Origin: Chiloscyllium plagiosum
Taxonomy: Eukaryota
Length of the DNA stretch: 64,000 nucleotides
Reading direction: 5' to 3'
Assembly: GCF_004010195.1 (NCBI RefSeq)
Contig: NC_057718.1
Span: 2,944,306-3,008,305 of the forward strand
Both the position numbers and the translations under genes were made by a program. Of this stretch, positions 25,360 through 37,699 are shown piece after piece (positions within the stretch are counted from its first letter, which is position 1; each line of letters begins with the position of its first letter). The notes under the pieces are model-generated. The model did no database searches, had not been told where the DNA came from, and was given only the letters and a program-made list of their open reading frames with translations.

Positions 25360-28195
25360 TCATGATTTGGAGATTCCGGTGTTGGACTGTGGTGTATAAA
25401 GTTAAAAATCACACAACACCTGGTTATAGTCCAACATGGGCAAAGGAAGTACTGCAGATGCTGGAGATTAGAACCAAGAGTGTGGTGCTGGAAAAGCACA
25501 GCAGATCAGGCAGCGTCCGAGGAGCAGGAAAATCAATGTGAGCTGCCCTATGTGAGACTCTCTGTGCCACAATGGTCAGACAGATTCTAATCTAAAAAGT
25601 GGATTTACAGAATCTTACATGGATTCATGCAGTTTTTGAGAAAAGTAAAATGTAATTCTGCAAGTACGAATTCAACCCACAAACCTAAATATGTATGTAT
25701 GCTTGAAGACAGGGGTATGTGTGGAGCACGGGGTGATGGTTAATGAGTATCTATGAGAGAGTATGCGTATGTGTGTAAGTGTGAGTGTAAAGGGGTATAA
25801 GTCTGTGAGAGGGTGCGTGTGTGAGCGTGGGACTGTATGTATGGTGCAATGTGGTCACCTGTTGTGTGACATGAACCCAAAGTTCCGGTTGAGGCCATCC
25901 CCATGGGTATCGAACTTGGCTATCAGCCTCTGCTCAGCCACTTTTCGTTGTTGCCTGTCCCAAAGTCGACCTTGGAGGATAGTCACCCAAAGGTCCTGGA
26001 CCGCTGAAGTGTGGGAGGGAACACTCCTGTCTGTGGATTGTTGTGCAGTGTTCATTCATCCGTTGCTGTAGACTCTGCTTGGACTTGCCAATGTACCATG
26101 TCTCAGGGCATTCTTGCCTGCAGCGTACGAGATAAACAACATTGGCTGAATCACATAAGTAACTGCCACATAGGTAGTAAGGAAGTAAGGAAGGAAGTAA
26201 GCAGATAGGTAGGAAGGAAGATTGAAAAGAAAATTGAGTTTCCTCATTTCCCCTCTGCCCACCTTACCCCACTTCCAAACTTCTAGCTCAGCACCATCAT
26301 CGTGACCTGTCCCACCTGTCAATCTTCTTTCTCACCTATCCGTTCCACCCTCCTCTATGACCTATCATCTTTACCTCTTCCTCCATCCACCTATTGCACT
26401 CCCAGCTACCTTCTCCCCAGCCCCACCCCGTCCTATTTATCTCTCCACCCCCGAGGTGTCCAGCCTTATTCCTGATGAAGGGCTCCTGCCCGAAATATCG
26501 ATTTTCCTGCTCCTTGGATGCTGCCAGTCTTGCTGAGCATTTCCATCGCCACTCTAGTCTCCAGCATCTGCAGTATTCACTTTTGCAAAGGACTTGAAAG
26601 TGTTAACTCCCTGGACTACTGTCTGTGCCACAATGGTCAGACTGATTCTAATCTAAAAAGCAGATTTTCAGAATTTTACATGGATTCATGCAGTTTTTGA
26701 GCAAAGTAAAATGTAATTCTGCAAGTTCAAATTCACCCCACAAACTTATATGTGTGTGTGTGTGTGTGTGTGTGTAGTGCAATGGTATCAAACTTAGCTA
26801 TCAGCCTCTGCTCGGCCACTTTTCACTGTTGCCTCTCCCAAAGTCAGCCTCTGAGAACAGTCACCCGAAGGTCCAAGGTTGAATGTCCCGGACTGCTGAA
26901 TTGTTCTCCAACTGGGAGGGAACACTTCTGCCTGTTGATTGTTCTGCGGTGTCCATTCATCCATTGCCATAGCCTCTGCTTGGTCTCACCAATGTTCTAT
27001 GCTTCAGGGCACTCTTGCCTGCAGCGTATGAGATAGACAACATTGGCTGAGTTCCATGAGTACCTGCCACGTACATGGTGGGAGTTGTCCCCATGCATAA
27101 TGGTGGTATCAGTGTCGACATTCTGACACATCTTGCACCATGACAAGGTTGTATGGTATTGTCCTGAAAGCTGGGCAGTTTGCTACAAACAATGATCTAT
27201 TTGAGGTTTGGTAGCTGTTAAAGGCAAACAGTGGAGGTGTGGGGAAGTTTTTAGCGAGCTGCTCATCCTCATTGATAATGTCTTGCAGGTCACAAAGAAC
27301 ATGGCATAGTTTTTCAGCTCCTGGGAAGTACTGGACAACAAAGGGTACCCTGCCGGTTGCAGCTCGTGTCTGTCTCCTGAGGAGGTCATTATGGTACCTC
27401 ACTGTGGCACGTTGGAACTGGCGATCGATGAGTTGCGAACCGTACCTGATTCTTATGAGGGCATCCCGGAGTATTTCCAAGTGCCCGTCATGCTCCTCCT
27501 CATCTGAACAGATCCTGTGTATGTGTAGGGCTTGTCCTCAGGGGATGGCTGTTTTAACGTGTTTTGGGTGGAAGTTGGAGAAGTGTAGCATCATGAGGTT
27601 ATCCATGGGTTTGCGGTAGAGTGTGGTGATGAGGTTTCCATCCTTGATAGAGATGCATGTGTCTAAGAATGAGACAGATAGTAGAAAGTAGTCCATTGTG
27701 AATTTGGTGGTGGGATGAAACTTGTTGATATCACTGTGTAGGTTTTTAGTGACTCCTCATCATGGGTCCAGAGGAAGAAAATGTCATCAATGTACCTGGT
27801 GTATAATGTTGGTTGGATGTCCTGTGTAAAGAAGAAGTCTTGTTCGAACCTGTGTATGAAAATGTTGGCATATTGGGGTGCAAATTTGGCCCCCATGGCT
27901 GTTTCATGTGTCTGAATGAAGAACTGGTTGTCAAAGGTGAAGACATTGTGATCGAGGATAAAGTGGATGAGTTGTAGGATGGTATTTGGAGATTGGCAGT
28001 TGTTGGTGTTGAGTACTGAGGCTGTTGCCATGATGCCATCATTGTGGGGGGTGCTGAAACATCCATTGTGATGAAGAATGTTCCCAGTTTGGCTGGTCTG
28101 TGGGTGCTGAGTTTCTGTAAGAAATCTGTAGTGTCACAACAGAAGCTGGGGACCCGTTCAATGAGTTTCAAGATTCTTTTGACATAGGCAGACAG
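25360..28195 (-). mobile_element. Penelope-like family 3 (RT + GIY-YIG) with partial tandem terminal repeat; family 2 end nested at ~26230-26580
   Basis: FIQTHETAMGAKFAPQYANIF, YTRYIDDIFFLW, RVPFVVQYFPG; 25563-25690 repeated at 26620-26750; (TG)n at 26750-26774. Confidence 0.85.
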
Positions 28196-28489
28196 AGAGC
28201 AGCCTCACATAGGACAGTTCATACCTTTATTGGCATGATCTGGGCCGACATGACTCTCCATGAGTCCTGCCCCCTCCTCTGCCTCTTAACTGCTCCAAAC
28301 TTTCTTCCTCTTTAGAATCTTATCCAAAAGTTCCTCCCCTCTCCCTTAAATGAAGTGCAACAAGACCCTTTCACTCTGCAGCAAGGAACAGTCAAGAACA
28401 GCTCACTCGAACAGACTCATCCCGTCTTCTTCTTCACATTCACCCAGATTCAAGCTTCCTCACCAACAACCACCCCATGTCCATACATT

Positions 28490-28580
28490 CTCAGACCCTG
28501 AGATTACTGGGCACTGACCCACCCAGACCCTGAGATGACTGGGCACTCAGACCCTCCCAGACCCTGAGATTACTGGACAG
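28490..28580. repeat. Short tandem repeat, three copies of cagaccctgagat(t/g)actgg
   Basis: Directly visible. Confidence 0.8.
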
Positions 28581-28659
28581 TCAGACAGTGCAGCAGCTCA
28601 GCATGGGGGTGGTAGGTGCAGGAGGCAGTGCAGTCTCACTGAGATTATTTGGAGCACAT

Positions 28660-29565
28660 TGTCCTCCACCAACCTCCAGATATATCGGATCATCCTTCAT
28701 CATTTCCGCCACCTCCAAACGGACCCCACCACCAAGGATATATTTCCCTCCCCACCCCTATCAGCATTCCAGAAAGACCACGACTCCGTTGTCAGATCCA
28801 CACCCCCCACCAACCCAACCTCCACTCCCGGCACCTTCCTCTGCAACCGCAAAAAATGCAAACTTGCACCCACACCTCCCCCCCTCACTTCCCTACAAGG
28901 TGCCAAGAGATCCTTCAATTTCTGCCACAAATTCACCTGCACCTCCACACACATCATTTACTGCATCCGCTGCACCCGATGTGGCCTCCTATACATTGGG
29001 GAGACAGGCCGCCTACTTGCGGAACGTTTCAGAGAACACCTCTGGGATACCTGCACCAACCAACCCAACCGCCCAGTGGCTGAACACTTTAATTCCCCCT
29101 CCCATTCCGCCAAGGACATGCAGGTCCTTGGCCTCCTCCATCTCCAGGAGGAAAAGAGACTCATCTTCCGCCTAGGTACCCTCCAACCACAAGAGATGAA
29201 TGCAGATTTCTCCAGCTTCCTCATTTCCCCTCCCCCCACCTTTTCTCAGTCCCAACCCTCAGACTCAGCACTGCCTTCTTGACCTGCAATCTTCTTCCCG
29301 ACCTCTCCACCCCCACCCACTCTCTGGCCTATCACCCTCACCTTAACCTCCTTCCACCTATCGCATTCCCAATGCCCCTCCCCCAAGTCCCTCCTCCCTA
29401 CCTTTTATCTTAGCCTGCTTGGGACACCCTCCTCATTCCTGAAGAAGGGCTTATGCCCGAAACGTCGATTCTCCTTCTCCTTTGATGCTGCCTGACCTGC
29501 TGTGCTTTTCCAGCAACACATTTTTAAGCTCTGATCCCCAGCATCTGCAGTCCTCACTTTCTCCA
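28660..29565 (+). mobile_element. Penelope-like family 2, GIY-YIG C-terminus and 3' end
   Basis: HIIYCIRCTRCGLLYIGETGRLLAERFREH; ends gcagtcctcactttctcc. Confidence 0.92.
29434..29471 (+). ncRNA. Minimal type I hammerhead ribozyme (Penelope family 2)
   Basis: CTGAAGA-A-GGGC-ttat-GCCC-GAAA-C-GTC: intact core, 4-bp stem II, palindromic ACGT stem III region. Also at 32033, 34491(-), 34531, 35638(-), 35960, 38715, 43552. Confidence 0.82.
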
Positions 29566-29934
29566 TCAGGGGAACAGCTTGAATTGCAAGTTCCCTCCAG
29601 GTCCCAGCCCATCCTGCCTTCCTTCCTCAGCACTGGCTGTGGATTCCCCAGTTAGCAGCCAGCTCTGGGTCAATGGACAGCTCCAGGCAGAGTTGAGCTT
29701 CACCAGGATGAGGCAAGTCATGCCTTAAATTGGAGACATTCATCAAATTGTTGGGAAAAAATAATGATTGACAGTTTGACCATTAAAGTTGGAACATCCC
29801 CAGAATGTTGCCTGGGTCTCTGGTTTAATCGTCTCATGAGAATTCCACTCAGACATTGCTGCCACTCAGTGTGATTGGCTCAGTGACTGTTTTCCTTAAT
29901 ATTTTAATCTTACCTGGTCATGTGCTTGGGTTCA

Positions 29935-30220
29935 TCCATAAGACATAGGAGCAAAGATTCTGCCATTCAACCCATCAAGTCTGGCTGATAAGTTGCTCAA
30001 CCCCATTCTCCTGATTTCTCCCTGTAACCCTTGATACTCAAGAAACTATCTACCTCAGTCTTAAATATATTCAATAAGCTGGCCTCCACAGCTCTTTGCG
30101 GAAATGAATTCCATAGATTCACCATTCTCCAGCTGAAGAAGTTTCTCCTTATCTTTGTTCTAAAAACTCTTCCCTTTACTCTAACGCTGTCCTAGTCTCT
30201 CCTACAAATGGAAACATCTG
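29935..30220 (-). mobile_element. CR1 3' fragment
   Basis: Homologous to 503-830. Confidence 0.75.
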
Positions 30221-30289
30221 GTTGGCATGAAGGACCAGTCTCTATGCTGTCTGACTCAAAGACACTAAAAGGTATCTTGAATGGTATAT

Positions 30290-30617
30290 GATTAGATTAG
30301 ATTAGATTAGATTACTTTACAGTGTGGAAACAGGCCCTTCGGCCCAACAAGTCCACACCGACCCGCCGAAGCGCAAACCACCCATACCCCTACATTTACC
30401 CCTTACCTAACACTACGGACAATTTAGCATGGCCAATTCACCTGACCTGCACATCTTTGGAACTGTGGGAGGAAACCGGAGCACCCGGAGGAAACCCACG
30501 CAGACACGGGGAGAATGTGCAGACTCCACACAGTCAGTCGCCTGAGGCGGGAACTGAACCCGGGTCTCTGGCGCTGTGAGGCAGCAGTGCTAACCACTGT
30601 GCCACCGTGCCGCCCAC
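30290..30617 (-). mobile_element. HE1 / V-SINE (young copy)
   Basis: gggcggcacggtggcacagtggttagcactgctgcctcacagcgcc head, CpG-rich, (TAATC)n tail. Confidence 0.92.
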
Positions 30618-31594
30618 TAATAGGAAGCATTTAGAGGGATATGGGCCAAATGCTGGCAAATGAGATGAGATTAATTTAGGACATCCAGCTGGCATGGACA
30701 AGTTGGACCGATGAGTCTGTTTCCATGCTGTATGGCTCTATGATTCTATATGACAACCAGAAGCTGCAGCTGAATACAATTTCTGCATATGTCATCTCCA
30801 TGGAGACTGTAGGTGTCCCTGAGTTTCCACAATTCCACTGGGATGGATTCTCCTGCCATTGTTAACCTTATCAACTACAGAGAATCATCCAAGAACTGAT
30901 CACACACCCTTACCCATTCATTACCAAGCTCAGGTCACTCACTCCTGCTCTCTATTCCCAGCAGGCTACACCTACAAAAGGTAAGTTGCTTGTAATTTCA
31001 AAATCTTACCACTCTCAGGCTCATGATAAACTCAGTCTGCAAACATGCTTCCTGAGCAGCCAAGACTATATCATCTCACAGTCATGTTGATTGAGCTGAC
31101 TTCTTCCAGAACCTTCCTTGGTTGCTTCTCACCAGCCCTTCTGTAGTCAATGTTCCAATGCCACAAGATCTGAACATTCTCTATGCTTGGGCAGACAATA
31201 ACATTCACACCACACAAATTCCAGGCAATGACTATCTCCAATAAGAGACAATCTAACCACTACCCTTTGCATTCAATTGCATTACCATCACTGAATCTCC
31301 CATTACCAATATCCTTGGAGTTTCCATTGACCAGAAACTCAACTGGACTCACCAACATAAACTCAGTGGTTACACGAGCAGGTCAGAGGCTAGGAGTACT
31401 GCAGTGAATATATTACTTCATGACTCCTTGTAGGGAAGTGAGGGGGGAGGTTGTGAAAAACAACAAATGTGTAAATCTTTATTTGTGTTCCACCACCAGG
31501 AAGAAAGAAAACACTCAAGGGACCAGTGACAAGCAGTATCCTTCTCAGAGGGCAATGCTGCATGATCAAACAGTGAAGGGAGGGCAGGGATTAA

Positions 31595-31965
31595 AACAGA
31601 CACACAGTTTAATAATCAGATAATTATAATTTTATTCAGCAATTGGTTATATCAGTAAAATCAACCCAATGTAAAATATCTACTGAACAGACACTTAAAA
31701 AAAATTCAACAAAAACAGAAACAGGAAGAAAACACACCCAAACCAGGGGCAGGGCAGCAACTGTTGTTCTTTATTGCTGATGATGTCATTTGCCAGTCTC
31801 TATCTGCAACATTAGATAGGTATCTTTGATCAGAATGTAAAAGCTGATATTTGGATTGGCTCAAGCCAGATTAAACAACAATATCTTGTTGTTGTAGCGT
31901 GCCTTTAACACAGGAAATCTTTTCTCACATGGAGTCATGTAAGAAGATATTGGTCTGGTAACATT
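31595..31965 (-). repeat. Duplicated block with candidate terminal exon and polyA signal (copy 2)
   Basis: ttgcag|ATAGAGACTGGCAAATGA (31803-31786), AATAAA at 31631-31636 (minus strand); homologous to 21860-22220. Confidence 0.6.
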
Positions 31966-31968
31966 CCA

Positions 31969-32090
31969 GGAGAAAGTGAGGACTGCAGATGCTGGAGATC
32001 AGAGCTGAAAATGTGTTGCTGGAAATGTGTTCCTGAAGAAGGGCTTATGCCCGAAACGTCGATTCTCCTGTTCCTTGGATGCTGCCTGAC
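31969..32090. mobile_element. Mini-Penelope (family 2), inverted halves, with hammerhead
   Basis: 14-bp TSD ctggtaacattcca at 31955 and 32091. Confidence 0.85.
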
Positions 32091-33706
32091 CTGGTAACAT
32101 TCCAAAATGGCAGCTTGTGACTGTAACTCTGTCTTAAAGATACAAGCTCTAGAAATCAGGAAGAAGCAGCTTGCATTAGTAATGTCCCGCATGAGGTTAT
32201 CAATCATCCTGGAAACCCATCTGAAATTCTCAGATGTCTTCCAGTGAAGGAACCCTGGTCACCCTGATGTGGTCTGGCCTGGATGGGAGGACACACCCAC
32301 AGTCAATGGCTCACTCTGCATGCTCCTCCTAACTGGATGACCAAGACACACAAGTGTAGCAAGAAATAAAATAAGAATCAAACTGCATTGGGCACTCAAG
32401 TTCAACCTAATCTTTCCTATACTGTCAGCTTTTTTCTTTCATTCTCAAACCAACAGTTATTCTCTTGTTGAATTATATACCTCTTCTGACATCCTTCATT
32501 TTTGAATAGATATATTTGTTGAGATTTCTGAAATATCTCCTGAAATGTGTTACAGTGCATCTCCAATGCCTGACCTTTTCAAACTGTTTCCATCATCCAA
32601 TCTTGCTAATCACATTGCTATACCCTTGTAATTGCCTTGAATTTATTGTCAGCTCCTGTTGCTTGTTTTGATCTCAGTTAATGCTCTTCCTGGTCAAGTC
32701 TTTTTTAATCAGTTTTATTTTGTGATGTTTATTTAACATGTTAGTCTTTTACTGAAATTACAGTCCACAGTGCTGCAGATTTACCTTTAAGAATAAAATA
32801 GAAGCACATCAATGAAATAAAAATTAAGAAAACAGCCGCACTGTTGAAATAAAACACAATTTGAATGATTCTGAAAACAAGATTCCAACTACTCTTGAAC
32901 ACTATCACTTTAGATTGATCAACATTCAGAGACAGGTATCTTCCTATTCAAATCTTTTGTCTTCACTGCTCCTTTTGTTCTGGTTCTTTGAGACATGAGA
33001 TTTTTCTTTCTTGACTGTTCATACAACTGAGAGCTTAGACTTTCTCAGCTTTGAATAACCAATGGTGGTTTCTCAACATTGTGAGTTGTATTTCCACTGT
33101 TGCTTTCTTCTGATAGTGGGGAATTATACTGGAATCATTGGCTTTGTAAGTGTGTATTTATGGCAGTTGTGTCCAGAGACAGTCTATTGATCTGGTTTTT
33201 CAATCAGCACTAATTCAGGAGTCACCAGTGTAACAATAACCCTGTGACTGGCTGATAGCCAAACTGACGGACATGCCATGGCATCTCACACACACTCAGC
33301 TGATAAATAGACAATTGAAAGAACATTTTAATCTCAGACAGGAGCCTATAAGGAACTAGACATGAAGGAACTGAGGCCAATGCTGACTCTCACTGTAGCT
33401 TGTAATACATCGCAAAGCTTACACTGAGTAGCATCTGGTTTGAAAACTATGCCAACTACACAATGGGCATGTCCTATATCAGCTGGAAGCCAATCCAATT
33501 CAGCATTCATGCAGTTCAGAAACATTGTGTGTTGGGAAACAAGGTGTAAATATTCACAGTTTTCACTCTCCAATTTCTCTATACAATCTATTTCCTGTCT
33601 CTCTGTCCCTCTGATCCATTGTGCTTGGTTCTGTCTGCTGCTAGTGAGGGAGGCTCCTCAGCATTCTGAATCAGAAAATGTTTCCATTTCAGGCAATCAG
33701 TGCCTA

Positions 33707-33733
33707 TCACACAGCAGAACCATAGAGTATTCC
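33707..33733 (-). CDS. Exon 7: terminal coding exon (gene C)
   Basis: Strong acceptor ttgtccttctctccttccag, phase 0: GILYGSAV-stop, which completes an ATYA|GI motif. Followed by about 1 kb of unique AT-rich sequence with minus-strand AATAAA candidates near 32640-32735. Confidence 0.62.
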   Translation of the reverse strand, partial: GILYGSAV

Positions 33734-34394
33734 CTGGAAGGAGAGAAGGACAAACCATATTTCAAAATAAACCATTCATTCACTCAAAGGAAACTGTATC
33801 TGAATATAGAGAGCAAAGCTCTCAGGCTTAATTTCAGAAAGATATCTTGTAGAAAGTTTGTCTTTTTAAGGTACATTAGTCACTTCAATATTTGTTAATG
33901 CCTATTCAACAAAGTTAGACATGAGAGTAGAGTCAGTGCATGCCAGGTAACTTCAGGTTAAATCAGACAGTTCTTGGTGTAATTAGTCAGGTGTCATATG
34001 GTTATTGACAGGGATGATTTCACAAAGCTAACACTTCCAGCTCCTGGACTTCACTAATGAATTCAGGACATTTCCTGCTAAAAGCAACCCTGAGGAGGCA
34101 TGGAGCTCTAGCTCCTGAGGTGACCTCTGTACATGCTGATAAAAGCCAATCACTGGCCAGTATTTGATGGGCAAAGTTGGCTTGGTGTTTAAGATTGATC
34201 ATCGGTGATGAGGAGGCTGTCTTACAGGAGAGCAGGTCTCCACACCCCTTTGTCTTGTTGGAGGTGATAGGTTCAAATCTCAATATGGCAGCTGAGGGAA
34301 TTTAAATTCATTTACAGTTTAGACGGTGCTGGTCTCAGTAATGTATATTGTAAAATTCTAGGGTGTCAGTTGGCTGGACAGTTGGTTTCTGATG

Positions 34395-34622
34395 GAGAAA
34401 GTGAGGTCTGCAGATGCTGGAGATCAGAGATGGAAATGTGTTGCTGGAAAAGCGCAGCAGGTCAGGCAGCATCTAGGGAACAGGAGAATCGACGTTTCGG
34501 GCATTAGCCCTTCTTCAGGAATCCTGATTCCTGAAGAAGGGCTAATGCCCGAAACGTCGATTCTCCTGTTCCCTAGATGCTGCCTGACCTGCTGCGCTTT
34601 TCCAGCAACACATTTCCATCTC
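34395..34622. mobile_element. Fold-back mini-Penelope, 97-bp perfect arms, two back-to-back hammerheads
   Basis: Arms 34427-34523 and 34526-34622, 2-nt spacer; TSD cagttggtttctgatg at 34379 and 34622. Confidence 0.92.
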
Positions 34623-34830
34623 AGTTGGTTTCTGATGCAGATTAACACGAACAGCATGAGTTTAGTTACTGCACTGGCTGAGGTTACCGTGAAGGACACA
34701 CCTTCTCAACCTTTCCCCTCTAAAGTTAAACCCCCACCAGTTGTATCTCTCTAATGAGAGAGCAGCCGATGGTGACTGCATGCTTAGTTGATGAAACTAC
34801 CAGATTATCACAAAAACCCATCAAGTTACA

Positions 34831-34947
34831 ATTGGTTACAATTACTATCTTGGTCCCAATCAGTGAGTTGGTTTGAAATACCATGATCAATGAAATAATT
34901 ACCGCATATGTTGCGTTGGAATCTGCTTGAAGTTCACTGGATTCCTG
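34831..34947 (-). other. Templated copy of gene C exon 6 region (36678-36794) inserted in a SINE
   Basis: 117 bp matching 36678-36794 with one substitution seen; holds a full exon copy 34903-34944 (ESSELQADSNATYA) with AG and GT; flanked by SINE sequence aaaacccatc / aatgccctttcgtgaaggaaat. Confidence 0.88.
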
Positions 34948-35539
34948 AATGCCCTTTCGTGAAGGAAATTTGCTGCCCTGAATTGATCTGGCTGAAAGGT
35001 GACTCCAGACCCACAGCAATGTGATTGCCTCTTTACTGTCCTCTGAAATGGTCAAGTGAAACCCTCAGTTCAAAATTAAAGAGTGATGGACAACAAATGG
35101 CAGCCCAAGAGGAGAGGGGAATATTCACTGCTGATTCTGCATCCTCACTGGGTACAATGATTGGCTGAGGAGTTTGGGTATGTTGTGTTACCATGAGATG
35201 GCAACAGAAACTGTTATTGTCAATCATTTGATAATGAGGTTTCTGCTCATAATAGCTTGGGGGTGGGGAGGTGGTGGTGGGGGGTCTTAATTTTCCTGAT
35301 ATTTCACATGTCCAGCACTGTAACACCCTAAGGTAGAGGAACATAATTGGGTCATTCGGCCCATTGAGTCTGCTCTGCCATTCGATCATGGCTGATATGT
35401 TTCTCAACCTGATTCTCCTGCCTCTCCTTGTAACTATTGATCCTGTTACCAATCAAGAACCTATTTATCTCTATCTTTAATATACTCAATGACTTGGTTT
35501 CTACAGCGCTCTGCAGCAATGGGTTCCATACATTTATTG

Positions 35540-36049
35540 AGGAGAAAGTGAGGTCTGCAGATGCTGGAGATCAGAGCCGGAGATGTGTTGCTGGAAAAGC
35601 GCAGCAGGTCAGGCAGCATCCAGGGAACAGGAGAATCGACGTTTCGGGCATAAGCCCTTCTTCAGGAATGAGGAAAGTTTGTCCAGCAGGCTAAGATAAA
35701 AGGTAGGGAGGAGGGACTTGGGGGAGGGGCGTCGGAAATGTGATAGGTGGAAAGAGGTCAAGGTGAGGGTGATAGGCGAGACTGGGGTGCGGGGGGAGAG
35801 GTGGGGAAGAAGATTGCAGGTTAGGAAGGCGGTGCTGAGTTCGATGGATTTGACTGAGACACCTTGACCTCTTTCCACCTATCACATTTCCGACGCCCCT
35901 CCCCCAAGTCCCTCCTCCCTACCTTTTATCTTAGCCTGCTGGACAAACTTTCCTCATTCCTGAAGAAGGGCTTATGCCCGAAACGTCGATTCTCCTGTTC
36001 CCTGGATGCTGCCTGACCTGCTGCGCTTTTCCAGCAACACATCTCCGGC
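35540..36049. mobile_element. Fold-back Penelope end, ~190-bp arms, two hammerheads
   Basis: Arms 35574-35765 and 35860-36051; 15-bp TSD tccatacatttattg at 35525 and 36050; inserted in a CR1 tail. Confidence 0.92.
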
Positions 36050-36749
36050 TCCATACATTTATTGCCCTCTCAATAATAACTCCAAACAACTTCGCTCCAG
36101 TTATTCAGCAAGTGACTATCCTTTTGAAATTAGTGGGTCTCTTTAGAGTAACGTTGTTCAATAATTAAATGCCTAATGTGGGATATTGAAGCCATTTTCC
36201 ATGGAAAACTAAGGAATTCACAGCTTGAAATGAGTTTCAGTCTGATCATACAGAGCTCAGACATTGCAATTCGGAGAAAGTCATTTTTTCAAGTGAAAGG
36301 TTACATTTCATATTGGATGCAATGTATGATGCACAAACAGCCATTCGCCCCCACCAACACATGCTGGTCTGGAAGCTGCATTCAAAACTCCTGCCAGGTT
36401 TTCTTATCAAAATAATTTTTCCAAGTCATCAACTTCACATTAAACAAACAGAAACCCTCTGCATTTCTCAGAGTACTGGCAGTAGATCATTGAAGTCCGT
36501 GACTCAGACATAAAAGTTTACTTTTAGCAGATAGTGTTTAACAGCAACGTACCTTTTGTTCACTGAATTAATAACGTGGATCAAAATTCTGAAATGAAAG
36601 GTCAATGCAATAGATTAACATTTCACTTTGGTAGAGGAGTTAGATTTGATGAAGCACTGTATTGTTTTAGTCATTACATTGGTTACAATTACTATCTTGG
36701 TCCCAATCAGTGAGTTGGTTTGAAATACCATGATCAATGAAATAATTAC

Positions 36750-36791
36750 CGCATATGTTGCGTTGGATTCTGCTTGAAGTTCACTGGATTC
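36750..36791 (-). CDS. Exon 6: cytoplasmic micro-exon (gene C)
   Basis: Acceptor cttattcttaaattacag, donor GCG|gtaatt, 42 nt, phase 0-0: ESSELQAESNATYA. Confidence 0.65.
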
Positions 36792-37699
36792 CTGTAATTT
36801 AAGAATAAGTGGTTGGAATTAGATGATGGATACTTGTAAGATTCAGAGTCCTGCTGTGCATGAAGGGAGCCCAAATGATTGCGCTGATAATGACTGTGGT
36901 GTAACAAGGATGAAGGTGTTAATAAGACCATAAGGAAAGAATAACATAAGGAAACAAGAACATAAGATACAAGAGCAGAAGTAGGCCATTCAGCCCATTG
37001 AGATATGCAGAAGTATGAGAGGTATAGGTAGCATAGATCATGAAAATCATCCCCGTGGCAGAGGTGTTTACAGTTCCAGAGATCATAGGTTTAAAGAGAG
37101 GAGTAAGTGATTTAGAGGAGATCAGAGGAAATATTTTTTCCCCCAGAGGATGGTAGAAATGTGGAAGGTGCTGCCTGAGAGGGTGCTGCAGGCACAACAT
37201 TGATGAAGCTTCTGGATGAGCACTTCAAATTCAGGGCACAGTTGACTATGGACCAAGTGCAGGTAAATGGGATTAGTGTATTTTGTTTGTTGTTTTGTTA
37301 GTGGGCCAATGAGCCTGTATCTATGCTGTACAATGCTATGTCTCTCTGAGTCTGCTCCACCATTCAATGAGATTATGGCTGATCTGATCATACTCAGTCC
37401 GCTTTCCTATCTTTTCCCCAGAAACCTTGATTCCATCCCTGATTAAAAATCTACCTAACTCAGCCTTAAATATATGATGGTAGATTACTCTAACATTGGT
37501 CACAAGCTAGCTTGACTCTGAAAGTAGAACAGAAGAACTGCACAAGAGAGCTGCTATTAGTATGATGCACATTTGAATGTCCAAAATGTGTTGACAAACC
37601 TTGTGTAAAGCAGTTACTCTTAGATATGGAAAAATATGGAGCAGTAATGTGCAACTTCAACAGGACAGTACTGATACACAATGACCAATTAGGCTTGAC

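Noticed and set aside
30560-30617. tRNA gene
   Set aside because: This is the tRNA-derived head of an HE1 SINE, continuous with the SINE body and tail.
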